Source: the human T2T-CHM13v2.0 reference genome, Homo sapiens. Taken from it: a stretch of 64,000 bases of DNA. Position numbers and translations under genes: made by a program. Below are positions 1 to 16,898 of the stretch, piece after piece. The notes beneath the pieces were generated by a model. That model was given only the letters and a program-made list of their open reading frames with translations, did not search any database and had not been told where the DNA came from. The stretch lies in NCBI RefSeq assembly GCF_009914755.1, contig NC_060926.1; one strand, given 5' to 3'. How positions within the stretch are numbered: the stretch's first letter is position 1; each line of letters starts with the position of its first letter.

Positions 1-215
1 AGTCATTGAGAAAAATATAGAACATGACATAGCTCAACATATAATCTGATTTTATAGAATGCTGTAACTTCCCATCTATTTAGTGAATATATTTTAAGTA
101 AAGTTATTTACTTAGCTATACATCCACCTAATTGTTCTAAATGTTGCATTCAAGGCTATTCCTCTTCAGCAGTAAAAGTCTAAATGTCAATTTTTTAGCT
201 TTAAGAGGCCTTGAA

Positions 216-540
<325 letters not shown>

Positions 541-826
541 TCACTGAGGCAAATCTCCAACAGGGAAGATAACAGATAATAACATACCCTGAAGGTCTTC
601 ATCACATTTTTTGATACAGTGGTCTAATTAATAGATATTTTGCCATTATTTGCTTTCTCATAAACTGGCCCATTATGCAATTGTTTTCTGAAGTGTTCCT
701 AAGCTATTGGTTTTTGGAGCCATCATATAATAATGCCTACCCAGAGATTAGTAAGTGTCCTCATCTCTAGTTATTATAATTTTTCTTTTGTTTTTGCACA
801 TTATTTATTTTACTTTATTCTTATAA

Positions 827-1289
<463 letters not shown>

Positions 1290-1467
1290 TAAATTGATTT
1301 AAGAAGATTTAAATGATCTGTTTAAATACTTCATCCTTTCTGTGCTTCAGCCAGTGAGTGCCAGTTGTTTGTTTGTGCTTTAGAATTTCCCATTTGAAGT
1401 CTATCATTTTAGGACTTTTCTTTTGTAATTGTCACTTGTAAAGATTTTACTAACTATACAAGTTTGT

Positions 1468-1619
1468 TCACTACAACTTTTTGCAATTATGAAAATGTTC
1501 TCCATGTGCATGTGACATGCAACTAGATATGCAGCTAATGTAACTCCAGAATTAAATTTTTATTTAATTTTAATGAATTTAAGTAGCCCATCTAGTGGCT
1601 ACCACACTGAACAGCAGGG
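1468..1619. mobile_element. MER3/MER33-like hAT-Charlie fossil
   Basis: GCTAATGTAACT..AATTAAATTTTTATTTAATTTTAAT..TAGCC..CTAGTGGCTACCACACTGAACAGCAG resembles the recalled MER3 end. Confidence 0.6.
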
Positions 1620-1724
1620 ATTTTAGCTATCTTATTCTAGCTCTGAATGTAGTTCGATCTGTCCCATAGGTTAGTTCTGGAAATTTCTAAGGACAGGGAT
1701 CTTTGTGAGCTTGAGACATGATCT

Positions 1725-2020
1725 ACAAAGCCAGCAGCTAAAGGTCATAGACAGATTATATAAATGAGTAAAGAAGATCAGTGGGTACTGTGGGGACTAG
1801 AATTCTATATAACCATTCTGTAAAGGTATCTACCTCAACAAAAAGGGCCAGCCAATCCTGCCAGTTGTAGTCATCCTAAGATGCAAAACCAAAATTGCTA
1901 GACCTTCTAATTTTTAAGTAAAATTTCCCATCGCTTAAGTGTCAATAACAATTGCAAATATTAGTAAGTATTGCACATGTCAAGTAAGACATGTCTAGAA
2001 GTTGCCTGTTTGTGATACAT
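1725..2020. mobile_element. Degenerate hAT fossil (MER102-like)
   Basis: Weak resemblance to the recalled MER102 consensus (GCTAGACCTTCTAATTTTTAAG...TGCCTGTTTGTGATAC). Confidence 0.3.
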
Positions 2021-5000
2021 TGCTTAAGCTATCTTTATACTTCCCTAACAGGTACAGTGTGGGTATATGTGCTCATTGTGACCATGTGCTCCTTTCCAGG
2101 TTTTCTTGACACTACTACTACTAAGATTAGCTAATCTAAGATTCTCTACAGCATCACGGCTTTATTTCAGAAGGCTTCTACTTTATCACTTAACAACAGT
2201 TTCTGGTTAGTATCATGTACTAACTGTTCAAAATACTCAATAAGATGTAAAAATGTGTAAAAGTTCTCAATGCTGATAAATTTCTCCAACACCTACTAAA
2301 GCTCAGAGAGTCCGTAGTCGTGACAATTTGAAGCTTGCAATTTCTTTATCTCCAAGTTCCAGAGTCACCTCATAATTCAATTTGAGTTTCTTCCCAGAAA
2401 AATGATAGAGTAGTTATTTTTTTACAATGCACAAGGCAGAAATACCTGAGCACTTGTAGGTATTCTTAAAGAACATTATCAGCAAACAAATTTAAATGGA
2501 CAGAGAAAGAGTTAAAAGTAAACTAAAGGCATATATGACTTCACTGGCTTAATAACTCACCTCATGCATGAGTTATCTTAAGCATAATGCCATAATTACC
2601 TAGAAAACAATTATTCATTAAAGCAACTACATTCACGGCACTGTACCTGGCACTAAGGAGGAGTGTTGAGAAATATAAAACATGGTCTCCAACCTCTAGG
2701 AGTTTGAGATTTTATGAGAAAATCCCACATGAAAGCATCAAGAAGCACATCAATAAGAACAAAATGATGTAGCACACAGACTGCACATAAGCCAAGGGGT
2801 TTTGGGTTTTGTATTTTGTTTGTTCCTAATTTAATCAAATTAATGGGATTTACTTGCAATAATGGGTATAATCCCCTATCCTAGATTTGGTACCGCCATC
2901 CTGAAATTCCTCTCAAAACTGAATTGTATATTTGTTTTATGGCAAAAGCTGGCTGTATGTTGGCATTGTGAAGAAATCAGGAATGGCATAATTTAAATGT
3001 CTACAGCTTCAGTTTTTCAATGGTTAAAAGTCTAACTGCAAGAGCCAAGAGCAAAATGTGGAAAATTCTGCAATGCTAACACCCACACTTAATTTAAATT
3101 GCTCACTTATTATTCAGTATATGGAAGTGTATGTCATTAACAAGGAGGTGTACGAATGGTGCAGCCACATGTCACTCTACTTAATACATCACCTTAAATA
3201 GGAAAACATTTCACCAGTGCATAAGAGCACACAATAAAACTCACAGAAAACTCACAGAGAAACTCACATTTCTCCTTCTCTGAAAACTTCTTATCTTCTT
3301 GATTACTAAGAAAGGGAGAGTCTCAAGTTCTAGAAACAGAATAATACTATGGCTTTGGTGACTGAATATTTTCAAGGTAAACTATTATGTTTACTTTAAA
3401 AAATAATTACTACTGTCAAATCTCCCATAAATCACCAATTCCTTTGCCTTCCAAATTTAAAGTTTATTTTTACACTAAGGGTCTCTACTATAAAAGGCAA
3501 GGATCCCTCTAAATAAGTCATTTCAACTTTTATACAAAGTAGCCTTTTTAGATGTTTGTGGTCTTTTGCTTGATTTATTATTTTAATGTAGTTTATGTGT
3601 AATTCTACTAAGGAAATTGAGGGTTGAGTCAACGTTTGTTTTAGCACTGCACTTTACTCAGATAGCCTGACGACGTAAAAACTATTAACGTATCAACATA
3701 ATAAGACCATCTTCCATTGATTCAGGTGTTATTCATTATAACCACAACTTCTTGGCAAAATCATTGATGATAAATAGCAATGCAATTTATTAAATGATTT
3801 TCTGTTAAAAAGAAAACTATACTGAAGTTTCAGCTCCTTAATCTTTGCTGAGTCTTCAACATGTTTAGTGTCACCATTAACATAGGTTGAAGGGAACAGC
3901 ATGGAAGGTATCTACCAGTTCCACAATCTCCTTCAGGAAAATTCCAGTGTACTGGTCTTACCTACAACCTTTCTCTAAAAATATCATTATAGGTACATAA
4001 TCTCAGAACTCCACCAAAATGATTGGACTAGTGAAGGATTCTGACCCCAAGACAGCATTTTTTTTGGCCTATATTTTGACTCTCAAGATAAACTCCAAAA
4101 CACTTAATACCAAATAAGTACTAGTGATTCTTTTGAAATGGCTCTTGAGTTTTCCTGACATGAATTGCACCAGAGATACATCATATTTTGTGACTCTTTC
4201 ATCTAATCGGATACTCTCACTGAATTTGGAATCTATGACACACAAAATAGAAAGAGGTGATATGTTGAGCAAATTTGGATACATACAAAAAGAGAAGCCA
4301 AAAAGCAGACCCTATGAGGCAACCAAAGCCTACATAAGCCATAAGTAATCAGAAATCATAAAGACATGTTGTGGCTCATGAAAAAAAAGAAGGGAGGAAT
4401 CAATCCATTTGCAAGGGCAAGAGCTGTTGAAGTTGAAGATGGAAATAATTTGAGTCTTCACAATGGAGAGCATTAGAGGAGAGAACTACTTCCATTTCTG
4501 CGCTCAATGGAAGTAGTTCCCTGAGCTGCTTTGCATTTTGAGAAGTATTTTACTTCTCACATAAAATTTGTTTAAAATTGTGTGCCAATATTTCATAGGT
4601 CTGCTAAGAGAGGTTAGTTTCATTTTTTATATTCTGCATCTATTTTATAAACATTTTCAATCACTTAAGCTAACCTGAGTGGGTCTCTATTCTTTGTCCC
4701 CATCTATCCTTCTTGAATTTCCCCCTTCAATTCCACATTTCTTAATCCTTTATGGAAACAAAATGCTTACTATTTTGTGAACTGACTTCTTTGTAATGGA
4801 TACTCTATTATTACTGTTATGATCGTGATTCTAATATTTCATCTACATTTATTATTATAAATTTCAGGATTGGTTGGTTGTTTAGTTGTAACAACACTGG
4901 TTAATCTCTGAAATCATGCATATTTATCAAAGTGGATTTTTCACTGATAACATTTTGAATAGTTTTTTTCTTGCCATAGAATGTTTAATTTAATTACCAG

Positions 5001-5867
5001 CTAAGTCAGAGTAACTGTATATTCAACAGCAATTTCCCACCAAATTCTTGGATTTACTTTTAACAAACCGTATTGGCACATAAACTGACACATAATAATT
5101 GACCCTATGAAATTCATTATTTCCTTTTTAGATTAATTTTTTACTCACTGATTACCTAATAAATGAAATTTCAAAGATTTTCAGTAAACAGTGGACATAG
5201 AAGAAATTTAAATCAGCTTAGATTTATCTACTCGATTATGAATGGGTTTTTTTCTGCTGGCATTCATATATCTCAAGTAAATGTTACTTAGAACCTTCAT
5301 TCATTTTCTCATTCATTTACTTATATTTATTCAACACTTTTAAAAGGTCTACTGTATACAAGGGGATGAAACATGAAAAAAAATGATTTCAATTAATTTT
5401 TTGTTGTCCAAGGGTGGTTCCTTTATGTTCTATTACTCCCAAGGCAACAGAACCAAATGTATTTTAATATTTAGGGGGTGTTGTAATTTTTCCAGCATCG
5501 TGGAATAGTTATCACAGTATATGTTTCCCTGAATCATAAGTTTAGGGAGGAAAGACGATGAGGAAAAGCAAATGTGATATCTGGTCCCACCTAACCACAT
5601 CTCCTAGATGTCTCTCCAGGTCTCTTGCCTCCAACTTCATCTAGAAAACTGAAATTTAGAAAAATGGGGAGATAATTCAATGTAAAAAGAGTTGAAGAAG
5701 CGATAAGCAGATGATGAAGGGGGGCACTTTATCCAAAATCATTTTCACACACTTAAATAACAGAAATTAGAATGTGAACATTAAAAATAGCAACCACACA
5801 CAAGCTTAATTATCTCTTCCCCCTCCTTCTCTTTTTACTCAAGTTCTGTCTCACTATTAGATATACT

Positions 5868-6710
5868 GTTCAACATCACTAGCAATCAAAGCAATGCAAA
5901 TAAAAACAACACAGAGATCCCATTCTCAGCCAATTAAATTGGCAATGATCAATAACATGTGGCATTAGCAAGGGGAGATTGGCATTCCAGTACACTGGTG
6001 ATAGGGTGTAAATTGTCACTGTTCCTTTATCAGAAGTCTTAAAATATATCTGCTTTTTCATCCAATAATTCTATTTCTAGAAATTTTTCATATGATTTGC
6101 CTTTTCAATAAAATATCTAGATTCTCATAGCTAAAATGAGGTAAATAAATGGCTGCAAATTTTGATCACATTTTTGAAATGTGAATTTTGTAGAGAAACA
6201 GCTTTAACTGGTGAGCATGCTTTGGTAAAATAAAATTTGTTTTCTTCAGTCATAATTGGATGCAGTAGCTTCATGTTTTCTAGTCTACTTAGCATTCTTT
6301 ATGAGCATTTCTTTCTGTAACAAGGAATTTAGCCAGCTCTACCACTAGGAGGGATAAGAGGAGGAACCAAAGTGTTCTACATTGGCTGGTAATGATAATG
6401 ATCATCACTAGACCAAGGAACTTCAGAAAATTTATAGTAGCCTCATTCACAAATGTTTGAAATGCGAAGCATCCTGAAGTTGGCATCCACTATAAAATGG
6501 ACAATTGTGGTATATTCATAAAATGAAATGCAATACAAAGTAAAATAAACTATAGTCACATACACTACGAAAGAACTTCCCAAGAATTAATTTGACAAAA
6601 AGAAGTCCGACCCTCACTCACAAAAATGCTACATGCTGTATATATAGTTTAAAAAATAGACAAAACTCACCTGTGATGTTAAAGTCAAGGTAGTGGTTAA
6701 GAGAGGGGTA
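5868..6710 (+). mobile_element. Old L1M (ME/MC-type) ORF2-end/3'UTR fragments
   Basis: TCAACATCACTAGCAATCAAAGCAATGCAAATAAAAACAAC at ~5870 and AAAATGGACAATTGTGGTATATTCATAAAATGAAAT at ~6494. Discontinuous. Confidence 0.6.
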
Positions 6711-7549
6711 TATAACCAATGTACAAAATTTGTACAGTTAAATATTCATCAGAGAAATTCTGCCTCAACATCTAGAGCTTTCCAAAGTCAAGCTGACATA
6801 CTATATTAAACAATCTGACCAATAGTCTAGTATGGTATAGGTATCTATGGGTTTGTATATATCCCTAATGGTACAGAGAAACTTTCCATGGGGCTCAAAG
6901 TTTCATAAAGTCAATTTCTAGATCTTCAATAGAAATACACACTCCTCCTGAAAACTGACCTGACTGAGAAAGTAGGAGCAATAAAAACATCATGCAGGCT
7001 TTCTGCTTTCAGCTCTTCATCCATACTCTCCCATCTCATACTTTACCAAAGACAATCATACTCCCCAAACATTTCAAATCTCAGAATTACACAATGCCTT
7101 ACAATGCCAAAATCTATAAGGCACCAATAAATGGGGGTAGAGGGGAATTCAAATATTGCTATCAGAGAATATTCCTTTAATTAACTCACCATGCAATTAT
7201 GGCTTTTCTGTATTTTTGTTACGGATGAAAAATGACATTAGAATGGAATACAATACCAAAAAAATGAACGTGGTTGAATCTCACAAATGTAGTTTGGGTG
7301 CTGTGAATTAGATATATTTTATAGTGATATGGTAGAGCTGATAACTTTTGTTTAATAATTTAATCTGTTCTATCCCTTGACTATCATTAAGGAATCTGTT
7401 GCTTTGAGGGAGTATCACATGAGGTAAAAACAAAAACATTGAGGTTAGTGGAAATGTATTTCATCCAAGTGAGACACTAATGTGAGGCTTAGCTATTTAA
7501 CAACCTAGATATTTAGAAATTTAAAATTTGAATATTATGTCTTAAATAT

Positions 7550-7903
7550 TGATATAGTTTGGCTGTGTCCCCATCAAATCTCAACTTGAATCGTATCTCC
7601 CAGAATTCCCACGTGTTGTGGGAGGGACCCAGGTGGAGGTAATTGAATCATGGCGGGGCTGGTCTTTCCCGTGCTATTCCCATGATAGTGAATAAGTCTT
7701 ACGAGATCTGGTGGGTTTATCAGGGGTTTCTGCTTTTGCTTCTTCCGTATTTTTTCTTGCCACCACTATGTAAGAAGTGCCTTTCACCTCCTGCCGTGAT
7801 TCTGAAGCCTCCCCAGCCCTGTGGAACTGTAAGTCCAATTAAACCTCTTTTTCTTCCCAGTCTTGGGATGTCTTGATCAGCAGTGTGAAAACGGACTAAT
7901 ACA
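7550..7903 (+). mobile_element. THE1A solo LTR (ERVL-MaLR)
   Basis: TGATATAGTTTGGCTGTGTCCCC...GGACTAATACA, TG...CA ends, perfect 5-bp TSD AATAT (7545-7549, 7904-7908). Internal GGGTTTATCAGGGGTTTC is THE1A-type. Confidence 0.92.
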
Positions 7904-9562
7904 AATATTAATCTGCTACAAACTATACTTTCTCTACAATTTTATCATTCTCAATAATGAGAAAGAGTTTGGGGAAGGGATTCTCACTGACCAGTGTCTG
8001 TACCAGTGACATATTTTTGCCATGATTTCAAACAAGATATAATAATATATATTCTGCATTTATTTACAACAGACCAACATTACATCTTTGAATTAAATGA
8101 CCATATACTGAAGGCAAGCTAGTGCTGCAAATTTCCTCAAACACTTATTCAGGCTCATAAAAATCATTTCTATGAATTTTTATAGACTTCTTATTGATAT
8201 CTGAAAACCTATATTTATTTTTACTTACATGGAATTTTGAAAATTTTTTCATCTCCACCATGTACTTATAAGAAAGTATCCTTAGAGAAGTATTTCACAG
8301 GACCTACTCTAAAAGTAGACTCACAAAAATCATTAATGAATTTTTGTAAGTCTTGCACTTAGTGGCCCAAAAACTGTTCTTCTTGCAATTACTTTCTACT
8401 GAAACTTGTAACATTCCATCAATAATATTAATCCAAAAGTTTATAAATTAATTGAAAACGGTCATTGAGTCATTGCCAATATAATTTTATTTTCTGTATT
8501 TAATATTTATCAAAATCTGTTATGTATTTATTCTGATAATATAAATAATGCTCACAATGATAGTTGATCCAAAAAGAATTCTTAAAACTTAGATTCCGAT
8601 GGTACAGAAAATTTTAAAAATTGTTTAATTTAAATTTAAATTTAAAATGTAGATAAATATATCTATATAGAGAGAAGTTGCTGTTGCAGAGACATAAGAA
8701 AACTTGATCAAGAAAAGACTTTCAACAATCAAAATGTAAATATTCTATATGTATAATAGAATGGGCATCTGAAGCAGAATGTACAATTTTTGTCTGGTTC
8801 ATAAATCTTAAAATTGATTTTGGTAGATATCAAATTACTAGAGTAATAAGATTCTATCGGACACACTAAAAGAATGATTTGACAGTTTTATTTTAAATAT
8901 TCATAATTATAATATTTCAGAAATTACATTCATTACAACTATTTAAACTTAGTATAAGATAAATAAGATGCCAATTTAAAATGTACAAGGGGACAAATTA
9001 TTTTTGAGAATTCTTTCAGAAAGTAGATGAGCAAAATTTATAAAAATAGCTCCTCTATACTATCTACAGTATATCATTAAATTAAAAGAGAATAGAGGCT
9101 TGCCAGGTATGTTAATAAACATTAGTTTCTTTTATAACTTCCTTCACAAATTTTTAATGTTTTCATTATTATCTTCAGCTTATTTCTTGTTATAAGATGC
9201 AATAGAAATAGAATTTCTATATGATTTGTAAAAAGTTTATGGGAGATATCTTTTATGAAAAGATCTTCCTGGTATAAACCTCTTCTTATTGAAAGCTAGA
9301 GACAGTTTCTTCAACCAAATAAATTCTAAAGTTCCCTTTGATATGAGAATGAGACTATAAGAGCTATGTAATTCATCTTATTTTCCTTTATGATTTACCT
9401 GTTAGAAAACTCTGAGCTAAATTTAGCACTTAGCTCTTTAGTACAGTAATTTCTCCCTTCATTAATTTCATGACTTTGGATTTTCCAATTTTTATTTTAG
9501 TGGTATTTTTGTGTGTCTTTTATTTTAATCAAATTAAATATCTTTAGAAGTAACTGGCCACA

Positions 9563-9795
9563 TTGCATAATGGTGAGAACACACATTTTGAAGTCAGACT
9601 GCCTCTGCACAAACCCAGGCTTCGCCACTTTGTGTGGTATGACCTTGCACAAACTCAAGATTCCTGTGCTTCAGTTTATTCTGGTAAAATAAAAATGATA
9701 AGAGTAACCACCTAATAGAGTCATTATGAGAATTAAATGCATTATAAAGCATTTAGAACAGTGTCTGACACATAGTAAATGCTATTTAAGTGTTT
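9563..9795 (+). mobile_element. MIR SINE
   Basis: Core TGACCTTG..CTGTGCTTCAGTTT..GTAAAAT and 3' end AAAGCATTTAGAACAGTGTCTGACACATAGTAAATGCT. Confidence 0.8.
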
Positions 9796-10109
9796 ATTAA
9801 ATATTATACAAATAAAGGGAGAACTTAAATTCTTCTTGTAAAATTATGAAAATCACACATCATATTTCTTCATCATGAATTAAGTGCCAACTATGTAAGC
9901 ACTCATTTGCTCTGAAGTTTTTAATGAATATTAAATATATAAATATGACCACATACCAACTCGAATGAAAGAAGTAGTCAGTACCAACCAATAGAAATCT
10001 CAATCTGTAGCCATAAAAACATTACCAAAAGTTTTTTGTAAATGTTGTGAGTTGTTCTCATTTTCAGCAGTAATCTTAGGAGAAGGTGATGACAAACTTA
10101 GATAGCCTC

Positions 10110-10500
10110 TGTATTAGTCTGTTTTCACACTGCCGTTAAAGAACTGCCCAAGACTGAGTAATTTATAAAGGAAAAAGATTTAATTGGCTCCCAGTTCAGC
10201 ATGGCTGAGTAGGCTTCGGGAAACTTACAATCATGGCAGAAGGCAAAGGGGAAGCAAGGCAACTTCTTCGCATGATGGCAGGAAGGAGGAGTGCTGAGTA
10301 AAGTGAGGGAAGAATCCCTTATAAAATCATCAGATCTTGTGAGAACTCACTCACTATTATAAGAACAGCATGGGAAAAACTGTCCCTATGAGTCAATTAC
10401 TTCCACCTGGTCTCTCCCTTGACATGTGGGGATTATGGGGATTATGGAGATTACAATTCAAGATGAGACTTTGGTGGGGACACGAAGCCTAACCATATCC
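10110..10500 (-). mobile_element. THE1D-like solo LTR (ERVL-MaLR)
   Basis: TGTATTAGTCTGTTTTCACACTGC...GGAAACTTACAATCATGGCAGAAGG...GGGGACAC..AACCATATC. Confidence 0.88.
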
Positions 10501-11677
10501 TCCTTCTTACCATGTTGTTTGCTGTACGTTACAGCTCTCCATGTGTAAACTCAGTCCCATGCTTAACATGAATAGCATTCAAAATTAGTCTGCAGAGAAA
10601 GTATGGGACTGTCTCTGAGGTCTTGGATTTTCAGCTAAAACTTGAAAGCTGAGAACAATAGGAATGGTGTACCCCTAAAGTTCTAAAGAGTGGTAATAAA
10701 ACCATCCATGTGACATTAACCAAAATGGAGCAAAACCAGTCAGGGTATCATGATCCCTAAGAGTCTTTATAAGGAAAGACTCGAAATGTTTAAGTAAAGT
10801 GTTTCAAGAAAATTCCTAGAAACACAGAATGATTTAACTCTTGTCTTCTTGTTGAGAGAAGGGGATATGTAGCCCTCCTTCCCCACTGAAGTTAAGTGAT
10901 GGACACCCCAAAAGAACTGCTTACAGGATTAGGGTGCTTATAAGAAGGGAAGAGGCATCTCATTCCACCACAGACTTGTTAGAGCCCATATTTTTCCTAT
11001 CATTAAGATGAGGTAAGATGAGAAAGCTCCAGAGAAAACCTGACTTTAGGGGAAAACAAAAACATAGAGAGAGGTGCCTGCTATTTATACAGAGAGGTCT
11101 AAAAGCAGGAGCTGGCTTGGACTGCCCGCATGGCAGGAGGAGAAAGAAGGAGTCAGAAGTTAGGAAAACTGTCTCCTTCAGTTTGGTGAGACAAGGATAC
11201 ATGAGAATCCATTGGGCAAAGTAAGTATATGCAGAAAGTAGCAGACATGAGGAGTTTTAAGGAACTCTGGCAAACAGAAAGATCTGCCAGGGGGAAGAGT
11301 GTACCACCAGGGTTATAACAAGACCTCAGGGGAGTCTCCCCAAATTCTGCAAATTTATTTCAGTTTTCAAATGCCTGTCACATCGCAGTGATTAAAGACA
11401 GAAAATGTCAACCAACAGAAAACCACAGGTGGCATCAATGAAGTACAAACAATTGTGCCTCCTTTTCTAATCTTTCCACATCACCTCGTGCCCTAATCCT
11501 AGAAGAGAGAGGATGGAGGTGGGAAGGGAAGAGTAGGTTAAAAAAAGTGATGAACAAATGGACCACCCACTCCCTACCATGTTGCTTACTGGTGGTTTTA
11601 AAAAGTCAGACACATCATGCCTAAGCTAATAAGGGGGAAAATGTTTTAATTGTATGTGGGATGGAAATTTTAATTTA

Positions 11678-11990
<313 letters not shown>

Positions 11991-13288
11991 CATAGACTGA
12001 ACATTTTAACAATTGGACATAAGGCTATTTTTACAGTCAAATGAGACAGGAAAGTTATGAGACCTATTTGAGATTCTGTCTAAGGCAGGAAGGAGAGATT
12101 TGACAGATCTTGATTAAAAGTGTAGTGAAGAGAAAAATGAAGATGTTTTCCTGCTTGTACTTGCTTTGAGTTCATTCTGACCAACTTACCATGTAGAAAC
12201 ATTATGTAACTCATGTCTCCAAGGCCAAGGATAACATATCCTCCCTAGACAATTCTTCACAGTTTATGATATGAAAAGTAAGAGAAAAGATGACTTCAAC
12301 TTAAATCCTTTATAAAAACCCATTAATCTCAGGCATTTATTCATTAACATTTGCCTAGCAATAAAACAAGCTGCCTACACAATTTCCCATTAACAATTAA
12401 ACATTCTGTAATAATTCCTCCACCCACCCTGGTTTTGCAAAGCAAAAAAAAAAAAAGTCTTATATTAACATGCATGTACATTTTCATTGACTTAAAATCT
12501 TCTATCAGCTATCACAGTCATATGAAAAATGATCTTTTTCTGGTGAAAATGTTTTATTCACTTCATTCAGATTCTCACATTCAAAAAAACACATAAAAGG
12601 AATTTGGCTTTTAGGTTTTTGTTCATTTTGTCCACGTTTTCATTTTGTCCATTTTTTGAAGTTGTGTTCACGATTTAGATCAAGGTAGGTTTTAAAATCC
12701 TGTTTTTCCCAAAACTCTCTTGATGGCAACAACCCGCCTGCCTAGTCACACATTTCTCCTCATCAGTACTCAACAATTCTCTGTCTCTAAGACATCAAAC
12801 TGTAAAATCTCCTTCTCACCTCTTTCAATCACTTCTACTAAATTTGGGCTCGGTTCTCATCACAAACTCTAGATGTTTCCCTTTTTCTCATCCGCAATTT
12901 CATCCCATATTTTATCATCTTCCCTGACTTTTTAATAAACTGTGGCATCGAAGTAAAAAATGTTGTGCATTCACTTCTACTGCAGAGTATTGCTTTTTCC
13001 AATACTCCTTACTGGTCCCCAGGTCTCAATCATCCCTACAGTCTGCATCCTCTGTTTTGTCTCTGGGGCTGCTGAGCATTACCAGAAAAATCACATAACT
13101 ATGCTAAGATTTACTACAAATCCATGCTCCCTAACTTCAGTTTGAGGTGCTCTGCTAAACAGCATATATATGTATATATAATTCAACTTCTGTTGGTACC
13201 AAAGCAAATAAAGCAAATTTATAATGCTGGCTTTTTTCCTACACTTTTTCACTGACTCTAGGCCCAATATACACTCTTTATTGTTTTA

Positions 13289-13677
<389 letters not shown>

Positions 13678-14126
13678 AGAAATTTTGAATCTAATGGGAA
13701 CTATCTCCATGACTTTTTGAGACTTCTCTTTTCTTTATTCAGTCTTTGAGGAAAAATACACCCTTCTTTCTTACCAAGGTTTCTCCTCTGCCTGTCATAC
13801 TGATTGTTTCTCTCCTTTCTTTAAATCTAAAACTTGCTCAGTCTGTTGTTTTATTCTCTTGTATTTCTTCCATTTCTTTTTTTTCTATGTGAAGGTATTG
13901 ACTCTGCTAAAATGAATGTTAATGCTGATTTTCTAAAACTACTCTGCTCTTTATCTTTATTTTCATTGTTTTGAATTTATTCACAAATTATTCTACCATA
14001 ACAGCTTCTAGTAACCAGGTGGTTCCAAAACTCACCAATCTAATTTAAGTTAATTTTTGAAAATTCACCAGTGATAACCTAATCTGTGCATCCCGTGACC
14101 CCTCTAACTTTTCTGGTCTATACCTC

Positions 14127-14563
14127 TTTGGAGTTGAATTGTGTTCTTCAAGGAAGATATGTTGAAATCATAATCTTCAGTACCTCAGAATGTGACATGA
14201 TTGCAAATAAATTATTGACAGAAGTGATCAAGTTAAAATGAGGCCATTAGGGTGAGTCCTAATAAGACAAAAAAGGATAAATTTGGATACAGAGACAGAC
14301 TTTCACAGAGGGAAGATGTAAAGACATACAGGGAAAAGACTGCCACATAGCTAGAGTGGTGCATCTACAAGCCAAGAAATGCCAAAAACTGCTGGTATTT
14401 CTTGGAAGAATCCTTCCCTGGAGTTGTCAGAGAGAATATGTGCCTGTAGAAAACTTGCTTTTGGACCTCAAGCCTCCAGATCTGTGAAGCAATACATTTC
14501 TGTTGTTTTAAGGCATTCAGTGCTTGGTACTTTGTTACAGCAGCTCTATGGAACTAAAATAAT
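14127..14563 (+). mobile_element. MLT1B/C-like solo LTR (ERVL-MaLR)
   Basis: GTTGAATTGTGT..AGTACCTCAGAATGTGAC..AAGTTAAAATGAGG..GCCTCCAGA..AATACATTTCTGTTGTTTTAAG..TTTGTTACAGCAGC. Confidence 0.8.
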
Positions 14564-14950
14564 ACCCTCTGCAGCTGTCTATACTGGGGACCATCTTGTT
14601 TTATAACTGTCTTCTCCATTGGTTTCCAAAGTCATAATAACATCTCTATTCTCTCCCTAACTCTCAACTGTCTTTTATTCTCTTCCTCTTCACTCCTGAG
14701 GTGTCTTCTCTCTTTATTTTTCCTCATCTCAAACTTATCCCCCTTAATTAACTACTTTCTAGAATATTACCCTTATTTCACTACCCATATCAAATTATTT
14801 CTTACTCATATAGCCTTTCCTAAATATTCTAGCCAAAAATGATCATATTCTCTTTCATACTTGTAAAATATTTTATTTTTTGTCTCTCTGCCACCATTTG
14901 AATTTTATATTTTTCTTTTATTATACTTATATTTATTACTTATACTAAAA

Positions 14951-15476
<526 letters not shown>

Positions 15477-15964
15477 CTAAATGAAAAACTTTTTGAATAT
15501 AGATGTTAAATTTTGATCTTTTATGTATATTGCAGAACTTCTATTGTCTTTCATATTGCATATTATCAATAACTACATTGAATAAAACCTATTACACTTA
15601 AATATTCTCATGTATTTCCTACTTCCATTTTCCTATGTTTTATCTCTAAAAGTTTGAGAACAATCTGTGTAATAAAATGCAAAACCAATCAGGTTTATTT
15701 AATCTGAACAGATGATTAAAGGGCTTCAAGGACACTAAATACCATTTAAAGAATAAGGAGCCATCTCTCTTTAAAATATGCCATTCTATAATAAAATAAT
15801 TTACATTATGATTGGAACATAGAAGTTTCTTAAAATATGAAAAGCACAAGATAGCATTAGCGGATATACAGTGCTACAAATTTCCTAAGGGGAAAGTGTA
15901 ATGCTGATGGATATAAAAGGAAATTATTATAGAGTGGACCATATGACGATCATCTATTGCTTTA

Positions 15965-16440
15965 TATTATTGTTATTTATTGTTGTCTAATACACCATCC
16001 CGAAACTTAGAAGCTTGAAACAATGATTTGCTCATTCTCATGATTCTGTGCATTGACTGTGCAGCTCCTCTGCTGGTTTTACCTGAGCTTGTAGATGAGA
16101 CTGATTTCTGATGGAGGACTGATTGACCCAGAAGGTTGAAGAAATTAGTGTTGGTTGTTTTCTGGGACACTCTGGCTCTCCTCCACATGACCCTCATATT
16201 CTAACAGGATAAACCAACTTCTTCATAGCATGCTGTTCTTAGGATTCCAAGAGGGCAAAGGTGGAAACTTCAAGGTCTCTTGAAATATAGGCTTCAGATC
16301 ACCTCTGTCACATCTGAATGACCAAGGCAATTCCCAGGCCAGTCCTGGTTCCTGAGATTCCATCTTTGGGAGGAAGGAGAGGCAAGGCCATATTGCAAAG
16401 TGGTATAGATGCAGGAAGGCAATGATTCATTGAAACTATG
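15965..16440 (-). mobile_element. Old MLT1-type LTR
   Basis: CCATCCCGAAACTTAGAAGCTTGAAACAATGATTTG..TCTCATGATTCTGTG..GACCAAGGCAA..CAGGCCAGTCC, typical of reverse MLT1 LTRs. Confidence 0.6.
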
Positions 16441-16579
16441 ATTATGATACTCCTCAAGGGGATCCTGAAAGGATGGGGAATTTGACTGACATTTGGAGGT
16501 TGCATAGAGAAGTAGTGGGAGAAAAAAAGTTCAAATGATAGAAGTTGGCAAATGCCAATCTAAGGATTTCAAATTTATC

Positions 16580-16898
<319 letters not shown>

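Noticed and set aside
3236-3268. Three copies of AAACTCACA
   Set aside because: Simple short tandem slippage with no unique spacers, so not CRISPR-like.
6720-6736. Palindrome TGTACAAAATTTGTACA, and similar TA-rich palindromes near 24645 and 57178
   Set aside because: Short or low-complexity, expected by chance in AT-rich DNA.
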